Positions 63,446-64,000 of a DNA stretch of 64,000 nucleotides are shown here, one piece after another (within the stretch, counting starts at the first letter, position 1; every line of letters starts with the position of its first letter). A program made the translations under genes and the position numbers. The DNA is from Acidimicrobiales bacterium. Its GTDB lineage: Bacteria; Actinomycetota; Acidimicrobiia; Acidimicrobiales; Bog-793. The notes below the pieces were generated by a model. The model was given only the letters and a program-made list of their open reading frames with translations, searched no databases and had not been told where the DNA came from. The stretch is taken from assembly GCA_049510975.1 (NCBI GenBank), contig JBEKYM010000003.1, forward strand, positions 103,011-167,010, given 5' to 3'.

Positions 63446-64000
63446 ATGCACGGCCCCACTCGGTCCTCGGGATCAACTCGCCGGCGCCGGTTGAGCGTGC
63501 CAGTGGTGCTGGCACTCGGGCTCGCCGCCGTCATGGCTGCGCCGGCGGCCGCGGCCGCTTCGCCTTCGACCGGTGCAGGCTCGGCCACCGTGACCTCGCC
63601 CTGGACGACGCAGGCGGCGCTCGGCACGACCTTCGTCCTGTCGAGCGTGGTGGCATGCGCCTCGTCCACCGACTGCTACGCCCTCGGGCGGACTGATGGG
63701 GAGGAGGCGGCCGGGTTTCTTGTGTCGAGCGACGCCGGGCAGGTCTGGTCGAGCGCGGCGATCGCCTCTGGTTCCACTGACTTCGACGTCATGGCTTGCC
63801 CGGCGATCGCCACCTGTTACATCGCCGGGCCGGGTGGCGGCGGCACGATCATGGACAAGACGACGAACTCCGGCGCCAGCTGGGCCGCCGTCAAGGTGCC
63901 GGCGTCGGTCAGCATCGACGCCCTCACCTGCCGCACGGCCACGTGGTGTGTCGCCGGCGGCTTCTCCACGGCGAGCAACGAGTCGATCGTGACCACCAAT
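63446..64000 (+). CDS. Secreted Cys-pair/BNR-like repeat protein, third paralogue; 3' end lies outside the window
   Basis: My own translation: MHGPTRSSGSTRRRRLSVPVVLALGLAAVMAAPAAAAA ... VACASSTDCYALG ... SSDAGQVW ... MACPAIATCYIAG ... TTNSGASW ... LTCRTATWCVAGG. The frame stays open to the window edge, so it is not on the ORF track. Confidence 0.7.
   Translation, partial: MHGPTRSSGSTRRRRLSVPVVLALGLAAVMAAPAAAAASPSTGAGSATVTSPWTTQAALGTTFVLSSVVACASSTDCYALGRTDGEEAAGFLVSSDAGQVWSSAAIASGSTDFDVMACPAIATCYIAGPGGGGTIMDKTTNSGASWAAVKVPASVSIDALTCRTATWCVAGGFSTASNESIVTTN

Noticed and set aside
61842-63515. 557-aa ORF on the - strand.
   Set aside because: It is antisense to the acyl-CoA dehydrogenase (62085..63326), which has family signatures. 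The composition is Arg/Gly/Pro-rich and no motifs are present.

Overview
High-G+C chromosomal segment of Actinomycetota type. Hand counts give 42 G+C in the 60 nt at 62101-62160 (70%). Lineage markers are the actinobacterial micro ribosomal proteins bS22 and bL37, mycothiol-type DinB/MDMPI genes, VKOR in place of DsbB, and metG-tatD-rsmA-ispE synteny. About 60 genes are supported. The conserved housekeeping part runs from about 42 to 54 kb: tRNA-Gln, bS22, ispE, rsmA, tatD, metG, rsmI, bL37, a GDPD phosphodiesterase, a PfkB kinase and pepN. Many of these genes are joined by 4-nt start/stop overlaps. The rest is envelope, redox and transport functions: a VKOR-DUF929 pair, HtrA, two MFS transporters, a heterodimeric ABC exporter, a desaturase and a GT4-methyltransferase-prenyltransferase-like operon. 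The stretch from about 30.8 to 41.8 kb looks accessory, with visibly lower G+C and large secreted Cys-pair repeat proteins. The three most interesting observations follow. (1) At 58.9-61.7 kb, an Nramp-related transporter lacks the canonical Mn/Fe-coordinating Asn and Met. It sits directly behind a soluble PRC-barrel + MgtE_N + CBS protein that has no MgtE pore. I read this as a candidate two-gene Mg2+ sensor/transporter module. (2) Two copies of a ~57-bp nested-hairpin element (50/57 identical, with the 8-bp outer and 5-bp inner stems identical in both copies) bracket a 2.4-kb lower-G+C cassette. The cassette holds an orphan 412-aa gene, a truncated VKOR paralogue and a decayed repeat-protein relic. 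(3) Three paralogous secreted proteins are built from Cys-x(4-6)-Cys repeat units, and the two complete ones each have exactly 14 units. All calls rest on reading the translations and DNA by eye; no database search was possible. Most long ORFs on the track are antisense shadows typical of high-G+C DNA and were rejected.
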